Assembly: GCA_964016885.1 (NCBI GenBank)
Contig: OZ024741.1
Span: 121,892,001 to 121,956,000, forward strand
Reading direction: 5' to 3'
Length of the DNA: 64,000 nt
Source: Eledone cirrhosa
Lineage: Eukaryota
Part shown: one piece after another, positions 42,157-56,417 of the stretch
Layout of the letters: each line of letters opens with the position of its first letter
Numbering within the stretch: position 1 is the first letter of the stretch
Made by a program: the position numbers and the translations under genes
Notes under the pieces: generated by a model
The model's input: the letters and a program-made list of their open reading frames with translations, nothing else
Told to the model about the DNA's origin: nothing
Databases searched by the model: none

Positions 42157-42249
42157 TTCAATATATATATGTCCAGAATTAGCCGTCGAAACGGCTTGAG
42201 CTCAGCCGTCGGGGTCTTACTGGTTCCTATATATATATATATATATTGA

Positions 42250-42376
<127 letters not shown>

Positions 42377-44853
42377 CATATATATATATATTGCATTAAT
42401 ATTGATATATCATATTGTTAACGAAAGAAAACGTTAAGAAAATATAGGATACCATTAAAAATGAAAAGAAAATAAAGTGACAGAGAAAAAGAGTGAGCGG
42501 GGGCGAAAGGGAGTGTGAGAAAAATAGCGAGAGAGGGAGTGAGAGAGGGATGAGTGTGAGAGCACATAGAAAGGGAGAGGGAGCAGATAGCCAATATGAA
42601 CGGTAGACCGGCGCAGAGAAAGAAAGTATAAGGGAAGCAAGAAAGAAGGAGGGAAGGAATCAGCGGAGTTATATAGAGAGACGGAGAGAGAAAAGACGGA
42701 CTTGAGAAATTGCTTGTACAACATTACTGATGGCTGTCACTAAGGTAAATAAACATTCTATCTCACATTTATATATCTATATATCTATATTATATCAGGT
42801 ATTTGTATGTATGTATGTATGTATGTATGTATGTATGGATGTGTAATGTGTTGGTATGTATGTATTTATGTATGTATGTTATATTATGTATTAGTATGTA
42901 TATATGTATGTGTGTATGTTTTTTTTTTTTATCTATGTATGAATTTGATGTATGTATGTATGAAGGTGTTTGTTTGTGAGTGTGTGTTTGTGTGCGTGTG
43001 TTTGTGTTTGTGTTTGTGTGTATGTATGTGTGTGTGTGTATTGAAGAACCGTTAACACCGACCACTTCGAAATCATTGCCACGTTTTTTCTCTGAAAAAT
43101 GTATGCATGATTTATATATGTGATTTTAATTTTTGTGGTTAGTTAATGTGTGTATATATGTACATAGGTATGTATATATCTACACTCTTGCATATATATA
43201 TAGGTATGTATATATCTACACTCTTGCAGTTATCTTTGGTATATATTGCAGTATTTCGTTACGGAACTCTATGTTCTAGTGTTAAATCCCGCTGAGGTCA
43301 ACGGTGCCTTTCATACTTCCGGGGTCGATAAAATAAAATACCAATCACTTACTACGGTTGACTTTCCTACTTAATAAAAAATTGCTGAACTTTTGTTCCG
43401 GCTCTTTGAACTTTGAGTTAAAGTCATCCTGAGATAAATTTTGCCGGTTATTTTCCTAGGTCGATAAAATAAAGTGTCTGTCAAGTACTGGGAACAATTT
43501 GATCGACTTTATTTTCCCTTAGAAAAATTCTGGTTTTGTATCAAATTAGAAACAGTTGACTATGGATTGGCAGAATCGAGAGAACATCGGACAAAGGGTT
43601 TGGTAGTATTTAGTTATGGCTCTTTAGGCTCTTTAGGTTCTGAGTTTAAATCCAGTCAAAGTTAACTTTGCTGATCATTTTTTTGTGATCGATAAAATGA
43701 AGTAACAATGAAGTACTAGTGTCAATAAATCAACTAAACCTCTCTGCCAACTTTTAGGTCGTGTACTTATGTTAGAAGGGCGGCGAATTGGCAGAATCGA
43801 TAGATTATCACATAGAATATTTTGCAATATTCGTTCCGATTCTCTGCGATCTGGGTTCAATAACCGCTGGGGTCAATTTTGCCTTTCGACCTTTCGAAAT
43901 AAATAAAAATGTTACCTGTTCGGTAGTGAGATCAATTGTTCCTCTATATCCCTTTCTCATTCCCTCTCTCTCCATCTCTAGAAATAATAAAGATGTGTTC
44001 AGACCTAGTGAGGAAGGGATGGGTCCTGCCAAGTTTTAAACAATACCCAATGACACCGGGATTTGAAGGTATATATACATACTCACATACACACATACAC
44101 ACACACATACATACATACACACATACATACTCCCATACACACATACACACACACACATACATACATACATACATACACACACACATACATACATACACAC
44201 ATACACACACACACACACATACATACACACATACATACATACATAAGTACATACACACATACACACATACATACATACATATATACATACATACTTACAT
44301 ACATACATACTTACTTACATGCTTATGTTAGAAACAATTATTACCATCCCCTTCCCCATCACAATCCCCATCACCATCACCCACAGTAGCAATAGAGAAG
44401 TGAGTTCGAAGATACGGTTTTTGGTTTCTCTTGTGCCACATTCCTAAGGACATTGTATGTTAATTATCTGTAGGCATTCCTTTAATTACTATTTTAATTA
44501 CAATTAGGTATTAGAAGGCTACAGCTTTTATTTTATATGCGTCACAAAAATAAAACTGCGTTTGTGCGTATACATGTGTGTTTGCATGTGCGTATATATG
44601 TGTGTCTGCATGTGCGTATATATGTGTGTCTGCATGTGCGTATATATGTGTGTATGTGGGGAGAAGTAAATATCTTAAACAAACTAATTACAAGATCGTT
44701 GAATTTGTTAGCTCACTCACATTTTTTACTCTCGCCGGCAAGTTTAATAAAACAGAGTTATCTACCTTACATTGATTGCAATCACTACATGCGTAGCATT
44801 TTAGTAGATGTTTATTTAATTGTTTGTCTGTTTGTCAATCAATCAATCAACCA

Positions 44854-44912
<59 letters not shown>

Positions 44913-44913
44913 C

Positions 44914-44957
<44 letters not shown>

Positions 44958-44993
44958 GTCTGTCTCTATCTATCTGTTTGTCTTTCTATGTCT

Positions 44994-45026
<33 letters not shown>

Positions 45027-45592
45027 GCCCAAGATCAAGGTTGTATTATCCATAAGGTTGAGCTGGCTAAAGCCTCAGTGCCCCTAGCGAATAGTGGCTC
45101 CACAGCGACTAGAGCTCCATCAGTGACAAGGCAAGGGATTTCCGACAACCAGTTTGATGACCGAATTACTAGGAAAACATTTAATTGAAAGTTGTTTTAT
45201 GTTGATCTCATTCTCAAAACCATTTTGAAGTTAACTCGCCTTATTCAATATATCATAATCAGTAAATGTCCTCCACCGGAGAACATTTTAAAATGTTTTG
45301 TTTGCTAATTTAGTGCATTACGTCCCTTTACGTTCTGGGTTCAAATTTCGCCGAAAATTAACGCACTGAGGTCGATATAATCGATATTCCTCTCCTCCCA
45401 AATTATTGTATTTGTGCCTAAATCAGAAACCATTAATTAAATATACCGTAGTTATGTTGTTAGTTGTAGTGGGGTAAAAGATTGAAGTATCATAGCGGAC
45501 CCCAAATACGGCCTGGTTATGGGTTGAAATACCCACGGGTAATCAGGTGCAGTGGAGTGAAAGATTGAAGACATGAAATATTTGAAAGTCTC

Positions 45593-45732
<140 letters not shown>

Positions 45733-45852
45733 GTATGTATTTCTATCTTTCTCCTTTACTTTTTCCCGCTCTCCCCTTCCTCTCTTTAATTGTACAAGTT
45801 TCTGTGACTCACAGCTCTTTTTCATTAATTCCAAAGAATAAATACACACACG

Positions 45853-45892
<40 letters not shown>

Positions 45893-45929
45893 CACTCACA
45901 CACATATTAATGCATATCTATACATATGC

Positions 45930-45962
<33 letters not shown>

Positions 45963-46097
45963 TGTATGTATGTATGTATGTATGTATGTATGTATGTATG
46001 TATGTATGTATGTATGTATGTGTGTATGTATGTATGTATGTATGTATGTATGTATGTATGTATGTATGTATGTATGTATGTGTGTATGCATTAGATG

Positions 46098-46154
<57 letters not shown>

Positions 46155-46207
46155 CGGCGATGAATTAGTTCTGGCAATATTACGCAAATATGACCCTCCC
46201 CAAGTAT

Positions 46208-46269
<62 letters not shown>

Positions 46270-46749
46270 GCACATACACACATAAAACAGCCACACACAT
46301 AACAGTGGGTTGGGTTAGGCAAAGTGTAGGATTATATTATTGTATTGAACATGTATATACACACACACATGTATATATATATATTATATATATATATATA
46401 TATAATATAATATATATATAAACATGTATATGTATATATATCCTCTACCACAGACAATGTGGTGACGTACTTCCTACAGAGGAATTACTCAGCAGTTAAA
46501 ATGTCAATTCTTTTTTTCATTTCCATCCATTCACGTATATTTGTTGCTTTGTTCTTTTATATCTGCTTTCCTGTCTTTATAATTGCTATGTGGAAAGATG
46601 CCACATAACTGCCACCTCTGTGGGAAGGAAGGCTTGCTCATTTAGATGACTACATCACTCTTTCGATATTCCCTCTCCATAATATTGGTCTATGTTAGTA
46701 AATGTACGTGTATGAATGCATATATGCATATATGTATGTATTTTTGCAT

Positions 46750-46908
46750 TTGGCAGTATCGGTAGAGAGTCGGATGTCATGCTTTGCAGCATAGAGTTAC
46801 GGCCATTTATGATCTAAGTTCAAATCTCGCCGAGGTTAACTTTGCCTTTCATCCTTACAGGGTCGATAAAATAAAGTACCAGTCACGTATTGGGGTCGAT
46901 TTAATGGA
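46750..46908 (+). mobile_element. tRNA-derived SINE (main family)
   Basis: Homology to the 19097 copy. Confidence 0.8.
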
Positions 46909-47281
46909 CCCCCCCCCCCCCCCCCAAAAAAAAAAAGCCATAAAAAATCGCGGAAAATATTCATGATTTCGCAAATGTGTGGTGGTTTCCAAGAACAATT
47001 ATTAGTTAGGATCTAAGGGAAATTCCGCGAATAACCGGGACCGTGAATTGAAAGAGAGACAGTAATATATTTACACACACATACATAATTAATAAAACGT
47101 GTTTATGTAGGTGTTAAAGTGTTTTATCGTCCCCACCAATAAGGGCATGACATAAGTTCCTAGGTTTGTGCAAACATAAGTATAGAGATAAGGCACGTTT
47201 GAATTATAGACAATTGCTGACTAGGTGTAATAGTGAAAACGTAATTGTATATGAATCATTATTTAAAGGTATCTGAGGGCT

Positions 47282-47470
47282 GTGGATTGGCAGTATCGGT
47301 AGAGGGTCGGACGCCATGCTTTGCAGCATAGAGTTACGACCCTTTATGATCTGAGTTCAAATCCCGCCGAGGTTAACTTTGCCTATCGTCCTTACGGGGT
47401 CGATAAAATAAAGTACCAGTAATGCACTGGGATAATTGCTGGCCTTGTGCCAAAAGTAGAAACAATTATT
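47282..47470 (+). mobile_element. tRNA-derived SINE (main family)
   Basis: Homology to the 19097 copy. Confidence 0.82.
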
Positions 47471-47578
47471 TCCAGGTATTTATATTTGAGGCTCCCCGTT
47501 AATTTTTAATATCTCATCTACGTAACTATGTGTGTTTACACTGTTTACAAAGTATCCCCTGTAATTGTTTGATATGTT

Positions 47579-47669
<91 letters not shown>

Positions 47670-47943
47670 AACAGGGAGCGAAAGAAAGCTTCGGACAGAA
47701 ATATGAACTTTCCTCTTTAAATATGTATGTAAAAACTAATCATTTTTTTCTCTATTTTATTATCATTCATTTAAATATGCAATTTAACTGCACTTTACAC
47801 TTCCGTCGTTGAAAAAGCATATAATGCTGAAACCGGTACACGATTAAATGCCGAAATCCCTATTTTATAAATAAATGTTTTGACATTATACTGAAAAAAT
47901 CCCTCCAGCATTTTCTACTGTATTTGTTTCCCTTTTACTATTT

Positions 47944-48014
<71 letters not shown>

Positions 48015-48044
48015 AACAATTATATATATATATATATATATATA

Positions 48045-48234
48045 TAATTGTTTCTACTTTGGCATAAGGCCAACAATTACCCCAGTGCATTACTGGTGCT
48101 TTATATTATCGATCCTGTAAGGATGAAAGGCAAAGTTAACCTCGGTGGGATTTGAACTCAGACCATAAAGGGTCGTAACTCTATGCTTCAAACATGGCGT
48201 CCGACCCTCTTCCGATACTGCCCAATCAACCGCC
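48045..48234 (-). mobile_element. tRNA-derived SINE (main family)
   Basis: Reverse complement of the 19097 copy. Confidence 0.82.
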
Positions 48235-48752
48235 CCATTATATATATAATGAACGAATAGCACAGTCGACTGCTAAAGACACGCTGTTTCAGTACTATAA
48301 GATTGATAGAACCAGCTCTAGTACACAAGTGATACTAACAAATGGACGAACGGCTAGACGATAGTCTTCATGACTATTAACAAATAAGAGAAAGTTTACC
48401 ACTAATCCATGATCCGCAACTGTAAATGTATCGACAAGGCCAAATATATTGATTAGCCAAGAAGAAGAAGTAAAAGAGAAGGTGGAATTATATATATATA
48501 GTATAAATCTATATATAATATATAAGGAATGTTGTTTCTGTGTTCGGCCGGGTTGTACTCATAAATTAGAGAACGAACACTCACAAAAATATATATTATT
48601 GTTCATTATTCCACTGGACAGGTAAAAGTAGAATTTATTTTGATGTATGAAACAATAATTTATATTTAATTCAATTCTATTTATTTACCCGTATTCATAT
48701 AAAAACAATCTGGTCATTTGGTTCTGGAATCCCCTCCCCCCTCTCTCTCTCT

Positions 48753-48800
<48 letters not shown>

Positions 48801-49779
48801 ATTCTGTGGAGAAGAACAGAGAGGTTGTGTGAATGAAGGATAGATGATGTGAGTAAAAAAGAGTAAAAAAAGAAAGAGCGAGGGAGTGGTGATAGCATAG
48901 GAGAGGTGAAATTGAAAGAGGTGAAAAGTATGAGAGATTATCTTAGAGAAGGAGAAATAGATAGAGTAAATGAGGAATACACGTCACGAGAGAAGGTGGT
49001 GGGGGAGAAAAAGAGACAACATTTTTATTGAGATTTTAAAAAGAAAGGGGAAATATGTTACAAGGAGTGAGGGGAGACAGCGTTCCTTTATTATGATGTT
49101 TCCAACACATCCTTACGGGGTCGATAACATTACACACATCCTTACAGGGTCGATAAAATAAAGTACCAGTAATACACTGGGATAATTGCTGGCCTTGTGC
49201 CAAAAGTAGAACCAATTATACATACACATAGTTACATTAGATATTTGTCTCTCTTTTCACTATTCTGTTGAAAGAGGGCAAGGCGGCGAAAGAGTTGCTG
49301 GATGAACTGTGAGCGACATCTACTGCATTAGCCATTCCTCCTCGGAAGTGATGCCAACCTCCTGATTTGTTGGCGGAAAACATCAGCTTGAAGGCATTGG
49401 AGATATCAATGGAGACCGACAAAAAGATATTAGTCAGTCAATGCCTGATATTTGATCATCTGTTTATCTGTGAAGGCGGCGAATTGGCATATTCGTTAGA
49501 GCGCCAGATAGAATGCTTTGCAATATTCGTTTCGGCTCTCTGCTCTCTGAGTTTAGATCCCGCCGAGGTCAACTTTGCCTTTCATTCCTTCGAGGTCGAT
49601 TAAAAAGTACCAGTCTAGTACTAGGATCGATTATTCTTCTATATCTCTTTCTCATTTCTTCTCTCTCTTACTTTCTATCCTTCTCTGGAAGAAATCTGCT
49701 GTGTTCAGACATGGAGAGGGATGGGATTCGCCCTGCTTAAATTGCCCTTGAAACACCATATGCCACAACGACGTCCTTA

Positions 49780-50050
49780 GGACCCTATCAATAGTTACGG
49801 ACCCATACCACCATACCACACTTGTTCATCAGCGTTTAAAGACGAATTATATTTCGTCGACGTAATGAGGTTTATAGCGAAGAAAGTATCACAAACTGTT
49901 GTTTACTAGATGAGTGACATAACCTTCTAAAACGGCGACAGGGCCAAGAAGTCTGGGTGTCTATAGCAACCATGGTCGAGGCCGGCAGGCTCCATTTGTG
50001 ACGGGAAATCTACAGCGTTGAGGCTCCTCTTAATCATATCTGGGTTCTCA
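49780..50050 (-). pseudogene. Decayed RLE domain of a CRE-like non-LTR retrotransposon
   Basis: DMIKRSLNAVDFPSQMEPAGLDHGCYRHPDFLALSPF...TTVCDTF resembles the CRE pattern 'DIIKRAL..P..EP.GL..DG.RPDG.T..P..WD.T..DT'. Has in-frame stops. Confidence 0.6.
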
Positions 50051-50866
50051 ATGTAGTGATCTCTCCATGGTATAATAAGATTTATAAAATCAGTGAGAGC
50101 GATAGATTGGCAGAGATAGTAGGTGGTCTGAACATGTTTCGTAGTATTTGTTCCAACTCTTTGTTTTCTGAGTTCAAATCTTGCCATGTTCCACCTTACC
50201 TTTTAGCAACCAAAGGTGGATACGATAAAGTACCGGTCAAGTACTGGGATCGATATAATCGATTTTCCGCCCTATCCTACCAAAAATATTTCTGACACTG
50301 TGCCAAAATTATATTCATTTTATAATGAAATTTTCTTCCGGTTGTTTGCGCCGGAAGAAAAACTTCTTATAAAATGGATTCTGCATTATCTTTTATCACC
50401 TCGAGCTCAATTAATATAGATCAAAATACTAACCAAGGGGCTGTGGGTTGGTAGAATTGCTAAAAATAGGTCGGAACCTTTACAGTACCTGATCCACCTC
50501 TGGGCATTCAGAATTTAAATCTCACCAATTTGTATCAGGAGTTACAACTGACAGATAGCATCAGCATTGGGAAGACAAATCTAAAGTTAATGTCCTCTCT
50601 GATGATTTGCTCCATTTTTTTCTTTTAGCAAACAAACTTTAGTTAGGTATATTTTAGAGATTGTTTTGATGTGCTTTGTGTTCTTCGATATTTGATATTT
50701 TTAGATCGCTATTTACAATAACAATCATTTAAACGTGAAATTGTTATTTTTCTAGTAAACGCCCTTTCAGTGACCTCAAAAATGTTTCTGCTCTATTTAT
50801 TTAAAGACGTCTCTCACAGGTTTCTTCAAGACGTGCACGTCTACTGTTTCACAGAGCATTTAGTGC

Positions 50867-50905
<39 letters not shown>

Positions 50906-50916
50906 TATATATATAT

Positions 50917-50973
<57 letters not shown>

Positions 50974-51057
50974 AAAGCTAAACAGAATTAACAACACAAT
51001 CTGTACAGTATATGGAAGGTATATATTAGGTTAACGCTTGATATAGCAGGAAGAGGG

Positions 51058-51094
51058 TCTTAACGTTTCGGACCGCTATTCCTTCGTCAGAAGA
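51058..51094 (-). ncRNA. Classic minimal hammerhead motif
   Basis: Minus: UCUU-CUGACGA-a[gga auagcgg ucc]-GAAA-CG-UU^AAGA. Confidence 0.72.
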
Positions 51095-51197
51095 AATAAT
51101 GAGAAATAAAATAGATTGAGGGGACCGGGTGTGGGGTGGGGGGTAATTGGAAAAAATGTCTTTAGATAAAACATACATACATTTATATATATATATA

Positions 51198-52694
51198 TAT
51201 AGTATAAAAGAGAAAGCACATGTAAGCATTAAGAGAAGGATTTTATCCAGGTATTTACGACCGTTTCATTGGTAAGTGCAACCTTATATTGCTATACTGC
51301 AAATAGCAGCCACTCAATTATAATTGTTGTTCACGTCCAAATTTTCAAAATAGTGAGTAAGTTACTCTTGAAATAGTTCTTAATATATAGAGAAAAACAT
51401 TTTTTTGGAATTGTATTTACTAGTATAGAGAGAGAGGAAGAGGAATTAGAAGGTGAGGGGACAAACGGAATAGTATAGAGAGAGAGGAAGGGAAGTATAT
51501 GCAATTTGTCAGTTGGTAGTAAGAGGTTAAGGGTTCGATTTGCACTTGTAGTGCGAAAACTTTTCTTTGAGTCTATGGTTACAATAAATTGATCTTTCGA
51601 TTTTATTGTTGAGTAACTTATTCTTCGAACTCAAAATGTGGAACAGCTCAAGGTCACATGATCTATTAGTACTAACCTACCCTCTACCTTCTTTAGAACA
51701 ATAAATAAGCACTTTCCAGATTCACATAAATACAGCAAAATCCTTAACATTAGACTATCTTACTCCACGGCACCAAATATAGAGGCACACATTAAGATGC
51801 TTAACGCTAAAAAGATACATAACAACACCAGGACACAAATTTACAACAATAACAATACAATCACCATTGAACACAACAGAATATCTAATACACAACCACC
51901 CACTAATAGGCAAACAAAACGTAACACACTTGTACAGGCATCGCAGCCCACCAATAATGCCAAAGTTGCCCATGACAAGAATTGTAACTGCCACCTACCT
52001 GAAACCTGTCCATTACAAAATGAATGTATGCAGTCTAACCTGGTTTACCAATGCACAGTGGAATCTGACAACCAGAAATGGTATTACATCGGAGCGACTG
52101 GGAATACATTTAAAGCCCGTTGGTATACACACCGTTACGCAATGAAACATTCCCAGCATCGTTATGTAACTAACCTTGCAAACAAAACCTGGCAACTAAG
52201 GGAAATTAACCATCAATACACCCTGAAGTGGAAAAAATTATCGAACGCGCCCCCATATCGGAGTGGTATGAGAAGCTGTCGATTATGTGACCTTGAACTG
52301 TTCCACATTTTGAGTTCGAAGAATAAGTTACTCAACAATAAAATCGAAAGATCAATTTATTGTAACCATAGACTCAAAGAAAAGTTTTCGCACTACAAGT
52401 GCAAATCGAACCCGTAACCTCTTACTACCAACTGACAAACTGCATATACTTAGACTTTATACCCTCTTATTGTATAAACCCTTTTAATTACCCACAAAAA
52501 CCAATACCTATATCCCTCCCTTCTCCTTCATTCCTCTTCTATTTCTTCGTTTTCTTCCTTCATTCCCTCCACTTTTTGGCTATCTTTTCTTTCCTTCTTT
52601 CTCCCCCCTTTGCTTTTATTTTTGTCATTATTATCTTTATCTTTATTTTTTTATATATATATTTATCTCTTTATATCCCCCCCCCCTCTTTATC

Positions 52695-52731
<37 letters not shown>

Positions 52732-53299
52732 ATCCATCCCTCCCACTATGATCAATTTAATTCTCTTTAACTCACTACATTCCACGACATGAAGCCTACA
52801 TATCAAAACTGATCAAGGAATCCTTCCACCTCTACCCCTCCCTCCATCTCAGTTTGTCACTCTACTTCCTAACTCTTCTCCCCCTTCCTCTCTCTCTATA
52901 CTATTCCGTTTGTCTCCTCACCTTCTAATTCCTCTTCCTCTCTCTCTATACTAGTAAATACAATTCCAAAAAAATGTTTTTCTCTATATATTAAGAACTA
53001 TTTCAAGAGTAACTTACTCACTATTTTGAAAATTTGGACGTGAACAACAGTTATAATTGAGTGGCTGCTATTTGCAGTATAGCAATATAAGGTTGCACTT
53101 ACCAATGAAACGGTCGTAAATACCTGGATAAAATCCTTCTCTTAATGCTTACCTGTGTTTCTCTTTTATACTTTATACTCCAACATTGAACGGAATTCTT
53201 ACAAACTTGTGGAGTGACTCCTAACCGTACGTTGAAACCATCCATGAAACTGGCTTTCTTAACCACGAACTGGATCACAATAAGCAATTTTCTGCTTCC

Positions 53300-53305
<6 letters not shown>
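51198..53305 (+). mobile_element. 5'-truncated Penelope-like element (Naiad-like) with inverted 5' pLTR fragment
   Basis: 51198-51492 is the reverse complement of 52882-53172, and 51493-51659 that of 52285-52451. Has a 130-nt tail and (TA)n on both sides. Confidence 0.85.
51662..52417 (+). CDS. Penelope-like RT C-terminus plus GIY-YIG endonuclease (truncated ORF)
   Basis: The frame is open upstream of ATG 51797 (TNLPSTFFRTINKHFP..RLSYSTAPN). Motifs CNCx5CPL, NLVY..YYIGAT..FKARW..H, CRLC..E, LLN, CNH. Confidence 0.88.
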   Translation, partial: SISTNLPSTFFRTINKHFPDSHKYSKILNIRLSYSTAPNIEAHIKMLNAKKIHNNTRTQIYNNNNTITIEHNRISNTQPPTNRQTKRNTLVQASQPTNNAKVAHDKNCNCHLPETCPLQNECMQSNLVYQCTVESDNQKWYYIGATGNTFKARWYTHRYAMKHSQHRYVTNLANKTWQLREINHQYTLKWKKLSNAPPYRSGMRSCRLCDLELFHILSSKNKLLNNKIERSIYCNHRLKEKFSHYKCKSNP

Positions 53306-53348
<43 letters not shown>

Positions 53349-54216
53349 AGAATTAGGATTTAGCTTTGTACATAACTGTATACAAATATGTATTTGAATT
53401 TCGTATTTCTAAATAAATACCGTATGTTTATAAATAAATATTTAGAAAGTCATTGCTATGAAAGACACTGGCAGGTAACGGCACCAAGCGGTGCTCGGCA
53501 TTTCGAACACAACTGGATCTCGTCAGGACGGTCTCTCCCACTCTTGCAACTGCCCGACTTTGAAAACAGGTGAATATATATATATATATATATATTGAAA
53601 AGTTAAACAAGGTTCAATGAATAAATCAAATAATTAGTTTTACAATAGATTGGAAGCACTCAACAGTGGTGGTTTTCTGGAGTATGTATAATAAAATATA
53701 CTTGATCACAAGAGGTTCTATTTTTGTTAATATTTTGAATTAATATATATATATATTTCGTTTCTGAATTTGTTTAGCAAGATTCTTTATCTGAAAACGT
53801 GTGTTGAAACCGATATTGTTATGCTTTGGGAGGGTCATGTTGCCAATAAGAAACACACGCACCAGTAGCTTTCACTCCAATTTATTATAAATTAAAGTTA
53901 TAAATTTCCGGTTGGTTGGTTGGTTCCATAACCGGACGGTTGTTCATATATTGTCAAAGTTCTTTCGTCACACATTCTGTGACCTCTTGAGTGACTGGGG
54001 ATTCTTTTCTTTGTTTTTGTACCTCTCCTTTGTTCTGTCCTACGCCATCTTGTTTTTATATATATATATATACACGAAAAAAAGCTCCGGCCGTCGAAAT
54101 GGCCGGAGCTCAGCCGTCGGTATCCTGACTCTTTTCCTCTTACCTACTCTACTACCCTAAGTATCGAGTACTCTGGTCCGTTATGGTCCACCTGGTATCT
54201 TACTACACCCTCTTTG

Positions 54217-54286
<70 letters not shown>

Positions 54287-55144
54287 GTGTGTGTGTGTGT
54301 GTGCGTGTGTTTGTGTGGGTCTGTCTCTGTGTGTGTATGAATGTTCGTGTGTGTATGTATATATATATATATGTATACATTACATATATATTAGTAACTA
54401 GGCCATCTTACAATGTACGTAACCTTTACACACTTACTCATGTTTGTTCTACACACGCAAATAGAAAGAAATAAAACTTGTCACATCATAGTCAACATGC
54501 ATTACATGTTCTTCCACAGATGCACAATCAAACATATATACGTTTAGGGCCAGCTTCTGGGTGTTTAGGGTCATTCGTTAGCCATACAGTGTGCGCCCCA
54601 TTCTTCTAATCAAATTAATTTGTTACAATTTGTTAAGTTGACAAACCTAGTTTTTGACACCTGTCGCTCTGACCATGCCCACCCCTCTGTCCATTCGTTT
54701 AGTGTGTATGTTCTACTACACAGTCCAGATACATCCACGCCAAATCAGATTACAGGTAATATGACCATACTAGGCTCTGCACCAGTTTTGATATTTCCAC
54801 ATCGATGTTAGGCAGCAAAATTGATTATCAATTTGTATGTATAGTATATCTATAGTAATATGTCTAATAAATTTTATTCGTCGCAACACTGATTCTCCGT
54901 TTCTTATGTGATATATAATTTGTCCAGGTGTACTTTTTCTCAACCTGATTAGTTCTATCGTTGCTCTGGTATATATATATTGTGTGTTAGTTTAGCCTAC
55001 CACAATGTTCAATTTGTCAAGCTATTTAAACGTATGTTATTACTCTAAGGACCTATCTTATCGAGTGCTTTGCTAACTCATCATTTCATATAAGTAGGCC
55101 GAATTCACTTGCAAACCGCCAGAGATTCGATTTTACTGATTTCC

Positions 55145-55235
<91 letters not shown>

Positions 55236-55374
55236 CACACACACTCACATATATATGATATATAACCTATTTTATAGGTATCTCTGCGATTGAGCACACC
55301 ACTCTTTGTAATAACTTTATCCCCTCAGCGCTACCTAAAAGTCAGAAAGATCGGCTACGTATACACGATCTTTA

Positions 55375-55442
<68 letters not shown>

Positions 55443-56227
55443 ATATATATGTAAATATATGTTTAGATATATATATATATAAATATTTCGTATCTCCAAG
55501 GAAATATGGTTTCCTTGGAGATACGAAATATTTATACATATTGTATAAAGCTATGCTTGAAGCGAAATGGTATTTCTTTTATATATATATATATATATAT
55601 GTATGTATATGTGTGTGTGTGTGTTTATGGAACATCATTTATTACATTAACAGTGCATTTTCCGAATATACGTGTTTCACTCAGTGAGTCAAACAGACTC
55701 TGTCAAATTCTCAGTCGGCCATTTTAGGTTGATTATATCTTAAAGAATATTCGAGCTCCTTCCAATATTAAGCTTAAGAGGCCGAAGTGAGGATCTGGTG
55801 GGATATGTTTGTCTCAGTGAAACACGTGTTTTCTGAAAACAAAATAATTGTATAAAACAACACATCTCTTAGATTGAATACTCTACCAACTTTTGATATC
55901 TATTACGAAATTCAGCTGCACTATATATGTATTTATATATATATATGTTGCGTGTCTGTGTGTGTATACATACATACATACATACATATGTATACACACA
56001 GTAAACCCGTGACTAAAATTACGAGGGTAGATTACACCACAAATGTTATATATCATTCAACCTGAATCATATTGGATTTTACAAGATTTCTTACAAGATT
56101 TGTCATACATACCATATCAATAACCATTTCATCTCCCGGGCAGACTAAAGATTGAATCTGTTTCGCCCTGAATGAATCGTGTTTGTAACAAGTAATCCGT
56201 AGGCATTACTTCTACACATATTAATAT

Positions 56228-56417
56228 TATAATTGTTTCTACTTTTGGCACAAGGCCAGCAATTACCCAGTACATTACTGGTACTTTATTTTATCGACCC
56301 CGTAAGGATGAAAGGCAAAGTTAACCTCGGCGGGATTTGAACTCAGATCATAAAGAGACGTAACTCTATGCTTCAAAGCATGGTGTCCGACTCTCTACCG
56401 ATACTGCCAATCCACCG
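56228..56417 (-). mobile_element. tRNA-derived SINE (main family)
   Basis: Reverse complement of the 19097 copy. Flanked by a TTAATATTATAAT-like duplication. Confidence 0.82.

Noticed and set aside
52452-52881. Spliced intron explaining the deletion in the inverted arm
   Set aside because: No GT-AG boundaries on either strand.
53500-53535. Minus-strand CTGACGA...GAAA
   Set aside because: No UH at the expected position and no helix I pairing.
53788-53820. CTGAAAA-cgtgtgtt-GAAA as a hammerhead in the family B tail
   Set aside because: The core varies between copies (CTGAAAA, CTGAGAA, CTGAAAT) and there is no consistent helix I or III.
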